Assembly (NCBI GenBank): GCA_964036045.1
Contig: OZ038378.1
Span: 183,954,001 to 184,018,000 of the forward strand
Reading direction: 5' to 3'
Source: Eutreptiella sp. 'Long Island Sound 2002'
Taxonomy: Eukaryota; Protista; Euglenida
DNA length: 64,000 nucleotides
Shown here: positions 12,601 through 22,729 of the stretch, one piece after another
How the letters are laid out: the number at the start of each line of letters is the position of its first letter
Numbering within the stretch: the first letter of the stretch is position 1
The notes under the pieces: generated by a model
What the model saw: only the letters and a program-made list of their open reading frames with translations
The model's database searches: none
What the model was told of the DNA's origin: nothing
Translations under genes and position numbers: made by a program

Positions 12601-15600
12601 GAGGTTTCGGGCAGGAAGGGGAGAGATGGCGAGCAGTGGGGGGCATTATAACTGTTGTTGAGGGGGTGTTGCAAAATAAAACCATTTTGGCTCCAGGTTA
12701 AGCAGCTAGTCAAAAACTGAGCGGCGAGGGAGTATTAAACTCGCCTTTCCCTCGTAACATAAAGTCGACAGGGCCATAAGAAATTTTCTTAGGGAGGGAA
12801 ATTTGTGACCAATTGAAAAGGCGCAGAGAGTACTTCTGAGGAGGGGTATCCGTAAAGATGGAGTTGGCTTGCTGGTTGTTACTTCCAACGTAATGCATCG
12901 GGTTGCGTTTTGCAGAGGGTGCCTCCAGGCTGTAAAATCCTCAAATCACAACCAAACAGCATGAGCATTGTTGCATACCAGACAATACCTTAGCAAGAGC
13001 ATCACCATCAAGACAGCAGCACTGTGCACAGGCTTTCAATGGCGCGACCGCCATCCCAAATGACTAGTGTTACACAAGGCATGTTGTTCAGCACCATGTC
13101 TCTTCATTGACCAGAGGGCCCCTGCGACCATCCATCAACTGCTGCTCGCCTAGCCACTCCAACACCGCAACCCTAACCACGCCTTGCAGGGGCGGGGGTT
13201 GCCTGCTCTGTGCACCACCCACAGCCACCAATGAGCGAGCCGCCATCACCCTCACCCACGCATCCACGCCTTGGGGAGGCCATCCTGGTAGTGTGCCTTT
13301 GAGGCCCTCAGGACAATCGCTGTAGCACCACAACCCATGAGCCATCCTTGTTAGGTCTCAGGGCAGGGAAGCACATTGAGCCCCCGGTTACCCCTCAAAC
13401 TGCACGAGACAGTCAAGGGGGAGTGCGGATCCGTGCAGTTGTTCCAAGAAAGCCCTAAATCAGCCCTTTCATAGGCCCAAGGGTTTACATGTCCTGCCAT
13501 TGTCACCAAATGATGGTGCAACTTGGCCCAAGGCCAGCCAGCGGTCATTGGAGGTCACTCAAAAATCACAATATTTCAACCAACCCATGCCAGCTAAGTC
13601 CTCACCAATAGGGCCCCGTGTTAGGCCCGATCGGGGGTACCCAGAGATGGAACCTGGGACCTATGCCATTGGTCAGGGGCTCCATGTTGAAGAAGAATAT
13701 TTGATTGGACCCAGACTGGACTGATGCCTGTGGCCAGCCAAGTTTTGCAAATTATATTGCCTTCAGTACGGTCACCTTGCGGAGAACTGCCTCTAACAAT
13801 GCACCACAAACCAGCGCCAGTGTTTTGCCTATATCCATCTCTCCAAATGAGCCAATATGGCTTGAAAACAGACCTTTCACAGGCCCATGGACCCAATGTA
13901 CCCCAATTGGTGGGCCTAATGGGTGCGACATGGCTCACCATGGATTTGCATGTGCTGCCATGGTCGCCAAATGAGGACCCATTCTGGTGCCCAAGGCCAC
14001 ACAGCGGTCATTGAAAATCACCCAAGAATCGCGATTTTTGAGCCAACACCTGTTGGCTTGAAAAAGGCTGATTCGTCAATAGTGGGGCCCCAAAGGGGGG
14101 GTGGATCGGGGGTACCCAGAGATAGAGCCCGGGCAGGTCCCTTCCACTTTTTTCTTGCACCAAGTAGGGCCCCTAGTGGTGCTTAGTCACCCCTAAAAGG
14201 CGGTTGTGGGCTTATTTGCGCTGCAGTGGGCAAAACTTGGTGGGCCTATTGTGGCCATAATGTGTGGATCAAGATTGTGATCCTATTCCACCTTTTTCTT
14301 TGAAATGAACCCCCTAATCAAATGGTGGGGATTGGGTCTGGATCCACAAATAGTAGCTGCAATTGGCCAACCAAATTTTGTCCACCACAGTGCAAACAAG
14401 CCTGGAATGGCCCTTATAAGGGCCAATAAGCACCACCGAGGGGCCTAATTTGTGCTGAACAGATCCCAATGGGTTTTATGTACTTCCATTATCACCAAAT
14501 GATGACTTAAGTCTGGCCCAAGACTCCCTGGGGGTGGTCGATTTTTCAGCCAACCCATGCTGGCCCTTTTCAGCGCAAACAATGATTTTGCATCTTTCAA
14601 ATGCCCATGACCAACCCTAGGCAGTGCTAGAGGCTGCAAAAAAAAGGGGGCCTAATTGGTGCTACATGGCTCCTAACGGAATGTATACACCCAATACCCA
14701 TCGCCAAATGATGACAAAGGCCTGGCAAAGGTCCCCTCGGGGGCTTGCCACGGGTTGTCGGAGAAAAGATGATTTTTCCGGCCAGCCCATGCCTGCCTGA
14801 ATATAGCTAGCACCGCCAAAAGCACTGAAAACGACGGCTTCACCAGGTACTGGTGACTGCGCAAGGCCGGTGACTACTCGCGGTGCGCGCGGTCTAAAAC
14901 TGTTACACAAGCGGGACCTGTCCTCCAAACCCCACAGTGTGTCCTGGCACACAGGCAAGCTGTCGCACTACTGCATTACAGAACTCCAAAATATGACAAA
15001 TTTCATCGCAGTTTCTCATCATCAGACTCACTAGAGCAGTCAGAATTAGAAGAATCCGAACTACTGTCAGTGCCAGGACACACAAAACAAACTGACTACC
15101 CAATCAGACCCGTCAAATTTGTAGTTCCAAAAATCCCATTATTTCTGATTTCTGAGGCATTGTTTCCGATTTCTGAGGCACTGTTTCCGATTTCTGAGGC
15201 AGTGTTTCCGAATTTTAAGGCATTGTTTGCAATTGGTGAGGCACTGTATCCAGTTTCCGAGGCAACGTTTCCATTTTCTGAGGCACACTGGTGGAGCCCC
15301 ATGTGTGGCTCAATCTCAGGTGGCCGAAGATAAACCTGGGGCCCCCGCCATTGGTTCGGGGGCTTATGTCGAAGAAATAAGTTCAATGGGGCCTGGGTCT
15401 GGGTTGACGCATACAGGGGGGGGGGGGGATTTCGTGTGGGGACTGTTTCGCAGCGAGAAATTTCGCGGAGGTCACTGAAAAACGCGTGGGAAATTTCGCG
15501 GACCATCTCCATTGCAATGTCGTGTATGGCTTGGTGGATCCCAAAACGCATGGTTTAATTTGCCCGTTGCCAAAAAAGAGTGGAGCCAGCCCAGGTGCCA

Positions 15601-18600
15601 CTCACTGTGCAGGGGAGACCCATCTGCCACACTCGGCCAGTGATGAAGCGTTCCATGGAGAGGGGGCTAAACAAAGCGTACATACGTGCCAAGAATAGCA
15701 GGTACTGGGCTGCAGACGGGACTTTTGACCTACAAAGAAACACAGTGTCCATTGACACTGTGCCACTTTCTCTGGAAGGCTACAGGGAATGGCAGCAGGA
15801 CTGACAAGCATACAAGCCTCTGTTAGTGCAGCCCCCCCCCCCCCCCCACCTGCAACCAACATTCCTTAGGGAAAAAAAAAACTGGGGTGGAGGAACACAG
15901 AGGCGCCAAAGGCGCCGAAGAAAATTCTGTGGTACCTACAACAAGCGTGGTAAATTTCGCGGTCAATTTGAAACACGAAATTTTCCACGCCAAATAAACC
16001 CCCCACGAACCCCCCCCCCCCTGTAGTGGCCACAATAGGCCAACCAAGTTTGAACCCCCAACCTCCGCCTTCCCCCCCTGCCCAAAAGCGGCACCTGGCT
16101 GCGGTGGAGGGCATGGGTCAAAATCAAAAAAAAATCATTGGGGGATAGTTTTATCCCCAAAAATGATGATTTGACAAGGAGTTAAACGTCCAATTTCATA
16201 CATTGGGGTATGCTACGACAAGACCCCCCGGAAATCGGGGTACATGGCTGAACCGTATTTTGTCTTTCCACAACCTAAGCACGGAGCTGTTGTAGGAATA
16301 CAATAGATGGACAAAAACCACCTCGAAGAGAGCGAAGAGCTCTGTCAACCAGTCAACTGGTCGACTGATCAATTAACAGACACTGTACCACTGGTAACCA
16401 CAATGGTCTGGTGTCCACCACGGTGTTCAGCCGTCGTGGTGGTGCGCATCAATTGCCAGCGGCACGGCGCACACACAGCATGCAGCCTGCAACGGGCTGC
16501 AATGCCACGGCAGCACGAGACAAAAGAGGGCACACTCAGCCAGTTTCTGAAATGAAGCTGACCCCACAAACCATCCATCTTCGAACAAAACAGGGGATAG
16601 GTCTGAGTTTCAATCTGGCGGACAGCCCCAGAAGCAACAGAACATGGTTCGGGGAAAGCACCGGGTCAGACTTGCAGGATAGCCCAGAAGGCACTGCCAA
16701 GCAACCAAGAAATATCGAGGATGATCGCTTCTTGTGGGCTGGCAAGGAATGGCCGAGTTGGCGTACGTTGAGGAAGGTTGGGAGTGGTTGCAGAGAGTTG
16801 ACAAGAGTTGGAGAGGATCGGGAACGGTCAGATACAATTAGAAAGGGTGATGGATGGTTGACGTGGGTTGGAGAGGTTGGGCAGGGTTGAAGACCGGCCC
16901 CAGCGGACATGATGCGGAATTCTGGCGCATAGTAGTACATGTGCCCAAACTCATAGGGGCCTGTGGTGTCTCCGATGTACTCAGCCTCGATGGGAGTGCG
17001 CTTGGGGATGTGTACGCGCTGCTCAGCGGCCACACCCACGAGATATTTCTGCATCATGATGCTGGCGCGTGTGGAGTGCCCCACCTGCAGATTGGGTGTG
17101 TGTTTTGCATGAAGCTAGTGAGCTCTGCAACTGAAGAGGGAAACCATTCCAGTACACCCCTCAGCCAAAACTTCCAGAGAGCCGTGCCGGCCACCATCCA
17201 ACACTCTCGGACTGCGGCTGGGTGGTGGTGTGGCATGATATGGTGCGTTGTGCTGCAGTGGAGTGGAGAGGAGTGGAGTGAAGTGCAGCAAAGTGCAGTG
17301 TAGTGCAGTGCGGTGATATGTAGGGTGACATTTGAACGAGGCCCTCATCACAAGTCATGCAAATCCTGCTGACCACGGGGGGGCAACTACAATCGGTCCG
17401 GATGCAACCCATCCCCCGGCTATCTGTCAAAACTTGCGGGGGGGGGGGGGGGGGGGGCAGTTGGGGCGGGGGGGGGTCGGCGGGGGGGGGGGGGGGGATT
17501 GGCAGCTCAGCCGGGGGGAGGGGCTGCGCGCGACCCACTACTACCACATGCATACCTCTAGGGTGTGTGTGTGTGTCTGGGGCCATGGGGGTATAGAGGT
17601 ACGTATGCGATAATAGCGATATCTTGTCTTTGCCAGGAAGAAAGTCTTAAGGGTCTTAAGGACTAAAGGCATAGTACCCCCTTCAACTAAGCATGGGTCA
17701 AAAAATTTGGCACCGTTGGTGCCATGGCCCCCGCACCAATATCTTTCAAAACTCGGGGGTTGGGGGGGGCTGGGGGGGGTCGCATGCAAGGACCGGGCCC
17801 GGCCGCCCCCCCCCCCCCCTTCTGCTGACATCCTCCTGACAACTGACATGCTTATGAGACCCTGGTGACATCATAATGAGACCCACCACATTACACCACA
17901 CCACACCACACCACACCACACCACATTACACCACACCACACCACACCACACCACACCACACCACACCACACCACACCACACCACACCACACCACACCACA
18001 CCACACCACTTCACCACACTGCACGACACTGCAATCCCTTCCACTCTACCACACTCCACTTCACTCCACAAACTGCAGCACACTCCAGAAACACTGTTCT
18101 CTACTCCAATGCACTACACTAGTTTCCACTACATCATACTACACTACACACTCCTCCACTCTTCTCCACTCCACTCCACTCCACTGCACTGCACACCAAC
18201 CCAGTCCACCCCACCCCACTGCAATCCATTCCCCTCCACTCCCCTTCCCTCCCCTCCCCTCCCCTCCCCTCCCCTCCCCTCCCCTCCCCTCCCCTCCCCT
18301 CCCCTCCCCTCCCCTCCCCTCCCCTCCCCTCCCCTCCCCTCCCCTCGCCTCCCCTCGCCTCCCCTCCCCTCCACTCCACTCCACTCCACTCCACTCCACT
18401 CCACTCCGCTGCAATACACTACACAATACTGTGTTACCCTACACCACACTCCACTCCACTCCATACTGCACCACCCCACTCCACTCCACTCCACACTACT
18501 ACACTACCCCGCCCCTTGCGCAAGCATGGCCGCGGTCCCAAAAATACAGGCAAAACAGCGGTTCAACGCTCACGCCGTCCTTAGACAGGCCCGTGCTTGC

Positions 18601-21600
18601 ACGCGACGCACACACGACAGCAAAGGACGGTACGTGACAGCCAGGCCAGGAATAGCAATGTTAGCCATGGCCGAAAATCACATCAAAACAAACAGCATGG
18701 GGATGCAATGTGTGGTACAATGTTGTTATGAAGAGAATGCACAATCACAGACAGCCAGAGGTGTCTCAAACGCTCAATCCTGCATTCAGGACCACAAAAT
18801 ACAGCGGTACCAAAAAAAAATCCTGAAAACAGCGGTTCAACGCCCACTCCGTGCTTGGACAAGCCCGTGCTTGCGCCAGGGGGGGTGGGGTACGCTTCAC
18901 TCTACTCTACTCCATTCCACTCCACTCCACTCAATGCAACCACAGCACACTCCAAAACACTATGCTCCTCCACTACACAGCACTATTTCACACTACATCA
19001 CACAACACTCGACCCCATCCCACTCCACTCCACTCTACTCCACTCGACTGCACTCCACGCCACTCCAGTGCACTCCATGCCACTCCACTACACTCCACTC
19101 TACTCCAATCCATTGCACTATTCTGCCGTACCGTACACCGCACCACACCGCTTGGCAAGGGGCAGTGGGGGGAGGCCAACCAGTCTGCAGCCACACAAAG
19201 AATATGGCACAGGACATAGGGTGTAAATGACACGGTGCCCAGCCAGCCTTCATGGAACCACCCACCCTCATGTGAGACCGTCGCAGCCTCACACGCACCT
19301 GGGCAAAAGCATTTGATGCGTCCTTTCCAGCGTTCTCCAGCAGCACCGCGGCACCTCCTGGGTGGGCTTGCAGAAACGACGTGACGTCGTACACATTGCC
19401 CTGGATCACGATCCAGCAGCTGTCGGACCGGTTGTGCGCCTGAATATCTTCCTCCGAGAACTGCGGCAGTTGCGACTCCGCGGGCGTCCCGTGGTCCTGC
19501 TCAGCCGGCGCGTCGCAATACCGTATGTCCAACCCCAGGGCCTTGTCCAGCCACGCGCTGTCGCGGATGCGGTACCCCCACAGAATGGCAGCCCAAACCA
19601 AATTGACACATGTGAAAATGACCCCCAAGACATGGTACACAAGCTGACTGTGGAGCGGGAGGGTCTCCAGCTCGTGACGCCAGAAGAGCAGAGCGTAGAG
19701 GTAGAGGCCCGTGGCGCTGAAGCGGAAGACGAAGACCGCTAGCACAGTGCAGGTCCAATTGAGGGAGATGAGGGACACAGGCACCCGCTGTGCAAAGTTG
19801 TGCTCCTGCAGAGGGACACGCACAGGCATGAGCGGGCTCCGCACCTCTCGCAATTTGTGAACCCAACCCACCCCCAATGCAATGGGTGGACAACCAGCCG
19901 GCCTATCCTTTTATGGAGGATTCCCTACTCAAAAGGCAAACAACTACGTACACCCAGAAGTGCCAACTGGCATACTCACTCAGCCTGGAAACCCCATCCC
20001 CCCTTGGTGGACTCCGCCATCGGGCCTTAGGGACACGCCCCCCAGCCTCATAACACGGCAATGCTTCCCTTGGGGGTCGAGCAACACCTTGTCTGGGGCC
20101 TCATGAAAGTCGCCTTGATGATGGAGGACAGGACGACCAACCTGCCCACACCAGAACCACTCAGCCTCGATGGAATCCCCCCCACAGTTCTTTGCATTAC
20201 ACTCAGAGTTGCCTCTTTGTGAAGACTTGAAGCCTCTAGGGAAGTGGTTTTGGTCGCGGAATTTTCAAGTGTACAAGGCTGCAGAGGTATTACATCCACG
20301 TCCATGGGGGCTGGGATGCAAAATTGTAGATGCCACTTCCGTAAGGTTCCAGACAAATTACCACAGAGTTGTCAAGGCCACTTTCCACAAAGGTGTCAAA
20401 TGCACTTTCTTGAGGCCCAAGAAGAGGTACTGCAAAAGAGGGGATGGGGGATGGGGGGGTTGGTACCATGGACAGCTAATACCTCTGGGTGTATACACTT
20501 GATGACCAACTGAGGAGCGCCGGGGAGTGCTCACCAGGGCTGCGTGTTGCCCAAGGATGTTTCCCTATGATACTACGCCCATCACTTCATCGGTGTATCT
20601 CCCAAATCCCGGCCTAGTGCAGCTCACTGGACCTGCTGAGGCTTGGGGACCGCCGGTTCCGCTAACCAGTGGGGGCGGGTGCAGCAAACCTCCGCCGATT
20701 CTGCCCGCCCCCCACGTTCCCTTGCGGAGATATCTTGGGCCTTCCATGTTGGCCCCCAGGCCTGCGCTCCTAGTCAGTGGTTCCCTGTTGTATAACAACG
20801 TGTGGTCATAAGACGTCTACTGACGTGTTCCCATGTGGCTGGTGCCACGCATATCGGGGGAGCACCAGCCAGGCATCCTGGATTCACGGTTCGTGGTGTC
20901 TCCCTATCTGTGCACTAGTGCAGCCCACTGTCGGTCACATGCATGGGGTTCCCCCACTCCTTGTACCGCCCGTGGCAAGATGTATTCTACCTGGACATAG
21001 GATGAAGGCTTCCTCATTCCTAGACAGTTGGTGCCTGTCCCGCCCAAAGGGGCGCCACGCCTTGAAGGCACGGTCGGAGAATCTACACCGGGATCCTGTT
21101 CCATAGGTAATGGGGTACCTATCCTGGAGGTGCTGTCTTCGATGCAGTTGATTCTATGCGGGGGGAGGAGGGGGCTTGGTTGGCTGTTGACGGTCTTCCT
21201 CACCCATTGCCCCCTCCCCGCACCTCAACCCCCCCCCCCCCACACACACACCTGCCTTTCACCAGGAGGCCCGGGGGGGGGGGGGGGCGCACAGAAACAG
21301 GCAGAGATGCAAGCACATGCAGATGCACAGGCACCCGCAAAGGCACAGGCACATACACAGGCACAGACACAGGCAAAAGAAGAGGCTCACGCAAAACGAC
21401 CTCATCAAACATCGTGATAAACTCACGAATGTTCACGAAGACCACCGGGGTTTCAAACGCAAGGCCAATGCTGCAAAGGCTGGAGAGGTGGTGGGTATAT
21501 AAAGAGAAGGCGTAGGCTGCAGCGGTGAAGACGTGGTGCAAGAGGTACATCCAGAGCATCCGCAGGTTCTGGAGGCTGTTGACCTGTTTCTCCTGCCGAG

Positions 21601-22729
21601 GCACACCAGCGGGATGCAGCAGGGTCCAAGGTCGTCGGCCACCACAACAACATTTCAGCGCTGCAACTGTCCCGGAACAACTGCGTGCGTGGGCCCTTAG
21701 CATTACCCCAATGCACGGCGCCTGCTAGCCCCCCCGCTATGGTAAACAGATGCGTGTGCACGACCGGCACTGCTCAAAGCAAAGCAGAAGTGCAAAGCAA
21801 AAGTCGAAGAGCCCCCCCCCACCCGTAGGTAAGAGCCCCGGTTGGCAGCGGGGCACTGAGTTCCCTGATACACGACTTGCCTCCTCCAAAAAAAACAACA
21901 CGGCCCCCAATTCCCAAAACCCCAGCCGACAAGGCCCATGGAGAACGCAGCAGCCACACCTTGACCTCGTAAACAGAGGACTCAGCTGCAAGATGTCGCC
22001 AGCTGAGACTATCCTCCAAAAAGCAGAGGGACCAATGCCCAAGGGCTGCACAAAACGCCACTTCGTGGTGTCGGTCCCACTTGCGAAGCAGGTCTTGTAC
22101 TGAATGGTACTGCAACATCAGAGTGATTCCAGTGATTGCTGCCCCAACATAATACACCTACAGAGACATGGGCAGAGTGCAAGCCCAAGCGAAGCACGAG
22201 GCAATTGAGCACCGGTTTCAGAAACCCATGAAAAGGGTTTGATTGATGGGTATCATATCACACTCTTGAACAGCGCTTTGGCAGTACCACCCCTCCCCCT
22301 TGCGAGAGCAACACTAAAGTTCCCACAACTTGCACAGGGGAGTGCCTCCCCATGCACATCTGCCGTTGCCAGATGCCAGTCATGGGGTCAATCCTGAGAA
22401 GGCCCCACACAGAATAGGATGCAGCTGTAACTCACAAATGTGATACCCCAGTTCTCCTGTCTATCACCAGCCCCGCAACTCAACCTTGAGACCTTGGTCC
22501 GATTCTGGGGAACAAGGGAAATGCACACCTGCCCACGCACAACCCGTCGCCAGTAGCATTTCTTGGAGAAAGGCAAGTCATAGTACACCCGAAGCATCTC
22601 GTTGGCCCAGCGCCGCGCAAAGAGCCAACAAACGGCATACGCAATGTAAGGGATAGTGAAGTGCAGGGCAATCCAGAACCCGAGCCATTGAAAAAAGCAG
22701 TGCATTGGGCCATCACTGCACAGGGTCAT
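5236..22729 (-). CDS. 10-exon gene, about 945 aa: TLC domain, cytochrome b5, multi-pass TM region, DUF3291/ABM-like barrel, C4 zinc finger
   Basis: Exons (minus strand): 22729-22529, 22157-21966, 21592-21401, 19805-19299, 17084-16895, 12476-12265, 10710-10240, 8894-8529, 7734-7563, 5570-5236. Every junction is GT-AG, all phases are compatible (0,0,0,0,1,0,0,0,1), and the joined frame has no stop. The cytochrome b5 domain is split between exons 4 and 5 (NAFAQ|VGHS). An in-frame AG at 22746-22745 means an upstream exon or a trans-splice site is possible. Confidence 0.8.
6359..6780 (-). pseudogene. Intronic ORF remnant ending in an Asp/Ser-rich tail, probably TE-derived
   Basis: Frame ends ...DDDGDDEDVQPEDHSSDEGDEG...SSDSSKSSDVE*. 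Similar acidic ends occur in the transposase fragment at 30467 and near 15020. No diagnostic motif. Confidence 0.3.
7563..7734 (-). CDS. Exon 9 of the TLC-cytochrome b5 gene
   Basis: Acceptor gcgtcag, donor aagaagg|gtatgt, 172 nt (phase 0 to 1). Encodes VQLGIAYL...GEATAKMLQSLGEDSESGKK. Confidence 0.75.
8529..8894 (-). CDS. Exon 8 of the TLC-cytochrome b5 gene (hydrophobic)
   Basis: Acceptor ttctcgcag, donor gacaag|gtaaga, 366 nt, phase 0-0. Confidence 0.8.
9613..9746. repeat. (GAT)n/(GAC)n trinucleotide microsatellite, compound
   Basis: Direct reading: GAT run 9613-9657, GAC run to 9672, second GAT run 9721-9744. Confidence 0.95.
10240..10710 (-). CDS. Exon 7 of the TLC-cytochrome b5 gene (several TM helices)
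   Basis: Acceptor cttgctgcag, donor ctgcag|gtttaa, 471 nt, phase 0-0. Confidence 0.8.
12265..12476 (-). CDS. Exon 6 of the TLC-cytochrome b5 gene
   Basis: Acceptor tctccaaccag (phase 1), donor ctgcag|gtgtgc (phase 0). Encodes LLFVPLVLGPFEW...ALLFCLQ. Confidence 0.8.
13340..14800. repeat. Modular degenerate repeat with an internal inverted repeat (foldback-like element)
   Basis: Module (G/A)TC(A/G)CCAAATGA...CCCAAG...GATTTTT..AGCCAAC recurs near 13502, 13963, 14491 and 14701. Imperfect ~80-bp inverted arms lie at about 14170-14255 and 14365-14443. Confidence 0.55.
15149..15290. repeat. 21-bp minisatellite, about 7 copies
   Basis: Unit TTTCTGAGGCA(T/C/G)TGTTTCCGA, decaying rightwards. Confidence 0.85.
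15486..15804 (+). pseudogene. GIY-YIG endonuclease remnant, Penelope-like
   Basis: NVVYGLVDPKT...GETHLP resembles the NVVY...YIGET motif of PLE GIY-YIG domains. Frameshifted. Confidence 0.4.
16895..17084 (-). CDS. Exon 5: second half of the cytochrome b5 domain
   Basis: Acceptor ctgcag|gtgggg gives VGHS (second heme His). Donor gccg|gtcttc, phase 1, 190 nt. Confidence 0.85.
17883..18504. repeat. Compound pentanucleotide microsatellite: (CACCA)n, (CCACT)n, (CCCCT)n, (CCACT)n
   Basis: Direct reading. The ORFs called across it (HTTP, SPPLP, TPLH repeats) are artefacts. Confidence 0.95.
18507..18890. mobile_element. MITE with TA target duplication (Tc1/mariner-like)
   Basis: Left CCCCGCCCCTTGCGCAAGCATGG versus the reverse complement of the right end, CCCCACCCCCCCTGGCGCAAGCACGG. 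TA at 18505-06 and 18891-92. Internal ~48-bp direct repeat near 18555 and 18826. Confidence 0.65.
18895..19150. repeat. Degenerate (CCACT/CTACA)n pentanucleotide repeat
   Basis: Direct reading. It continues the array on the other side of the MITE. Confidence 0.9.
19299..19805 (-). CDS. Exon 4: end of TLC domain and first half of cytochrome b5
   Basis: Encodes VFRF, VNLVW (TLC) and FSEEDIQAHNRSDSCWIVIQGNVYDVTSFLQAHPGG...AGKDA. 507 nt, phase 0-0, donor gcccag|gtgcgt. Confidence 0.92.
19880..21000 (-). pseudogene. Heavily degenerate non-LTR reverse-transcriptase remnant in intron 3
   Basis: Scattered motifs in broken frames: RYTDEV (YxDD-like), QYLFLG, GRLVVLSSIIKATF and GGMGFP, the last two resembling L1/Tx1 post-RT motifs. 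Confidence 0.4.
21401..21592 (-). CDS. Exon 3: TLC core
   Basis: Encodes MYLLHHVFT and FETPVVFVNIRE (TLC HH and ExSTPFxNxR-like motifs). 192 nt, phase 0-0. Confidence 0.9.
21966..22157 (-). CDS. Exon 2: TLC domain
   Basis: Acceptor ctctgtag, donor tacgag|gtcaag, 192 nt. Encodes GHWSLCFLED. Confidence 0.85.
22529..22729 (-). CDS. Exon 1 (or first visible exon) of the TLC-cytochrome b5 gene
   Basis: ATG at 22729, hydrophobic N-terminal helix, donor gggcag|gtgtgc. In-frame acceptor 15 nt upstream of the ATG. Confidence 0.75.

Noticed and set aside
16670-16740. Alternative hydrophobic exon PQEAIILDISWLLGSAFWAILQ in intron 5
   Set aside because: It needs a weak phase-2 donor that truncates good coding sequence. 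The phase-1 join 16895 to 12476 explains the gene cleanly.
17876-19230. Long extensin-like ORFs (253 and 373 aa)
   Set aside because: They are translations of pentanucleotide microsatellites inside an intron of the minus-strand gene.
21401-22157. Exons 2 and 3 are both exactly 192 nt (exon duplication?)
   Set aside because: There is no sequence similarity between them. Probably coincidence.
5236-22729. Euglenid-type nonconventional introns
   Set aside because: All nine junctions of the best-supported gene, and those of the GT47 gene, are explained by GT-AG.
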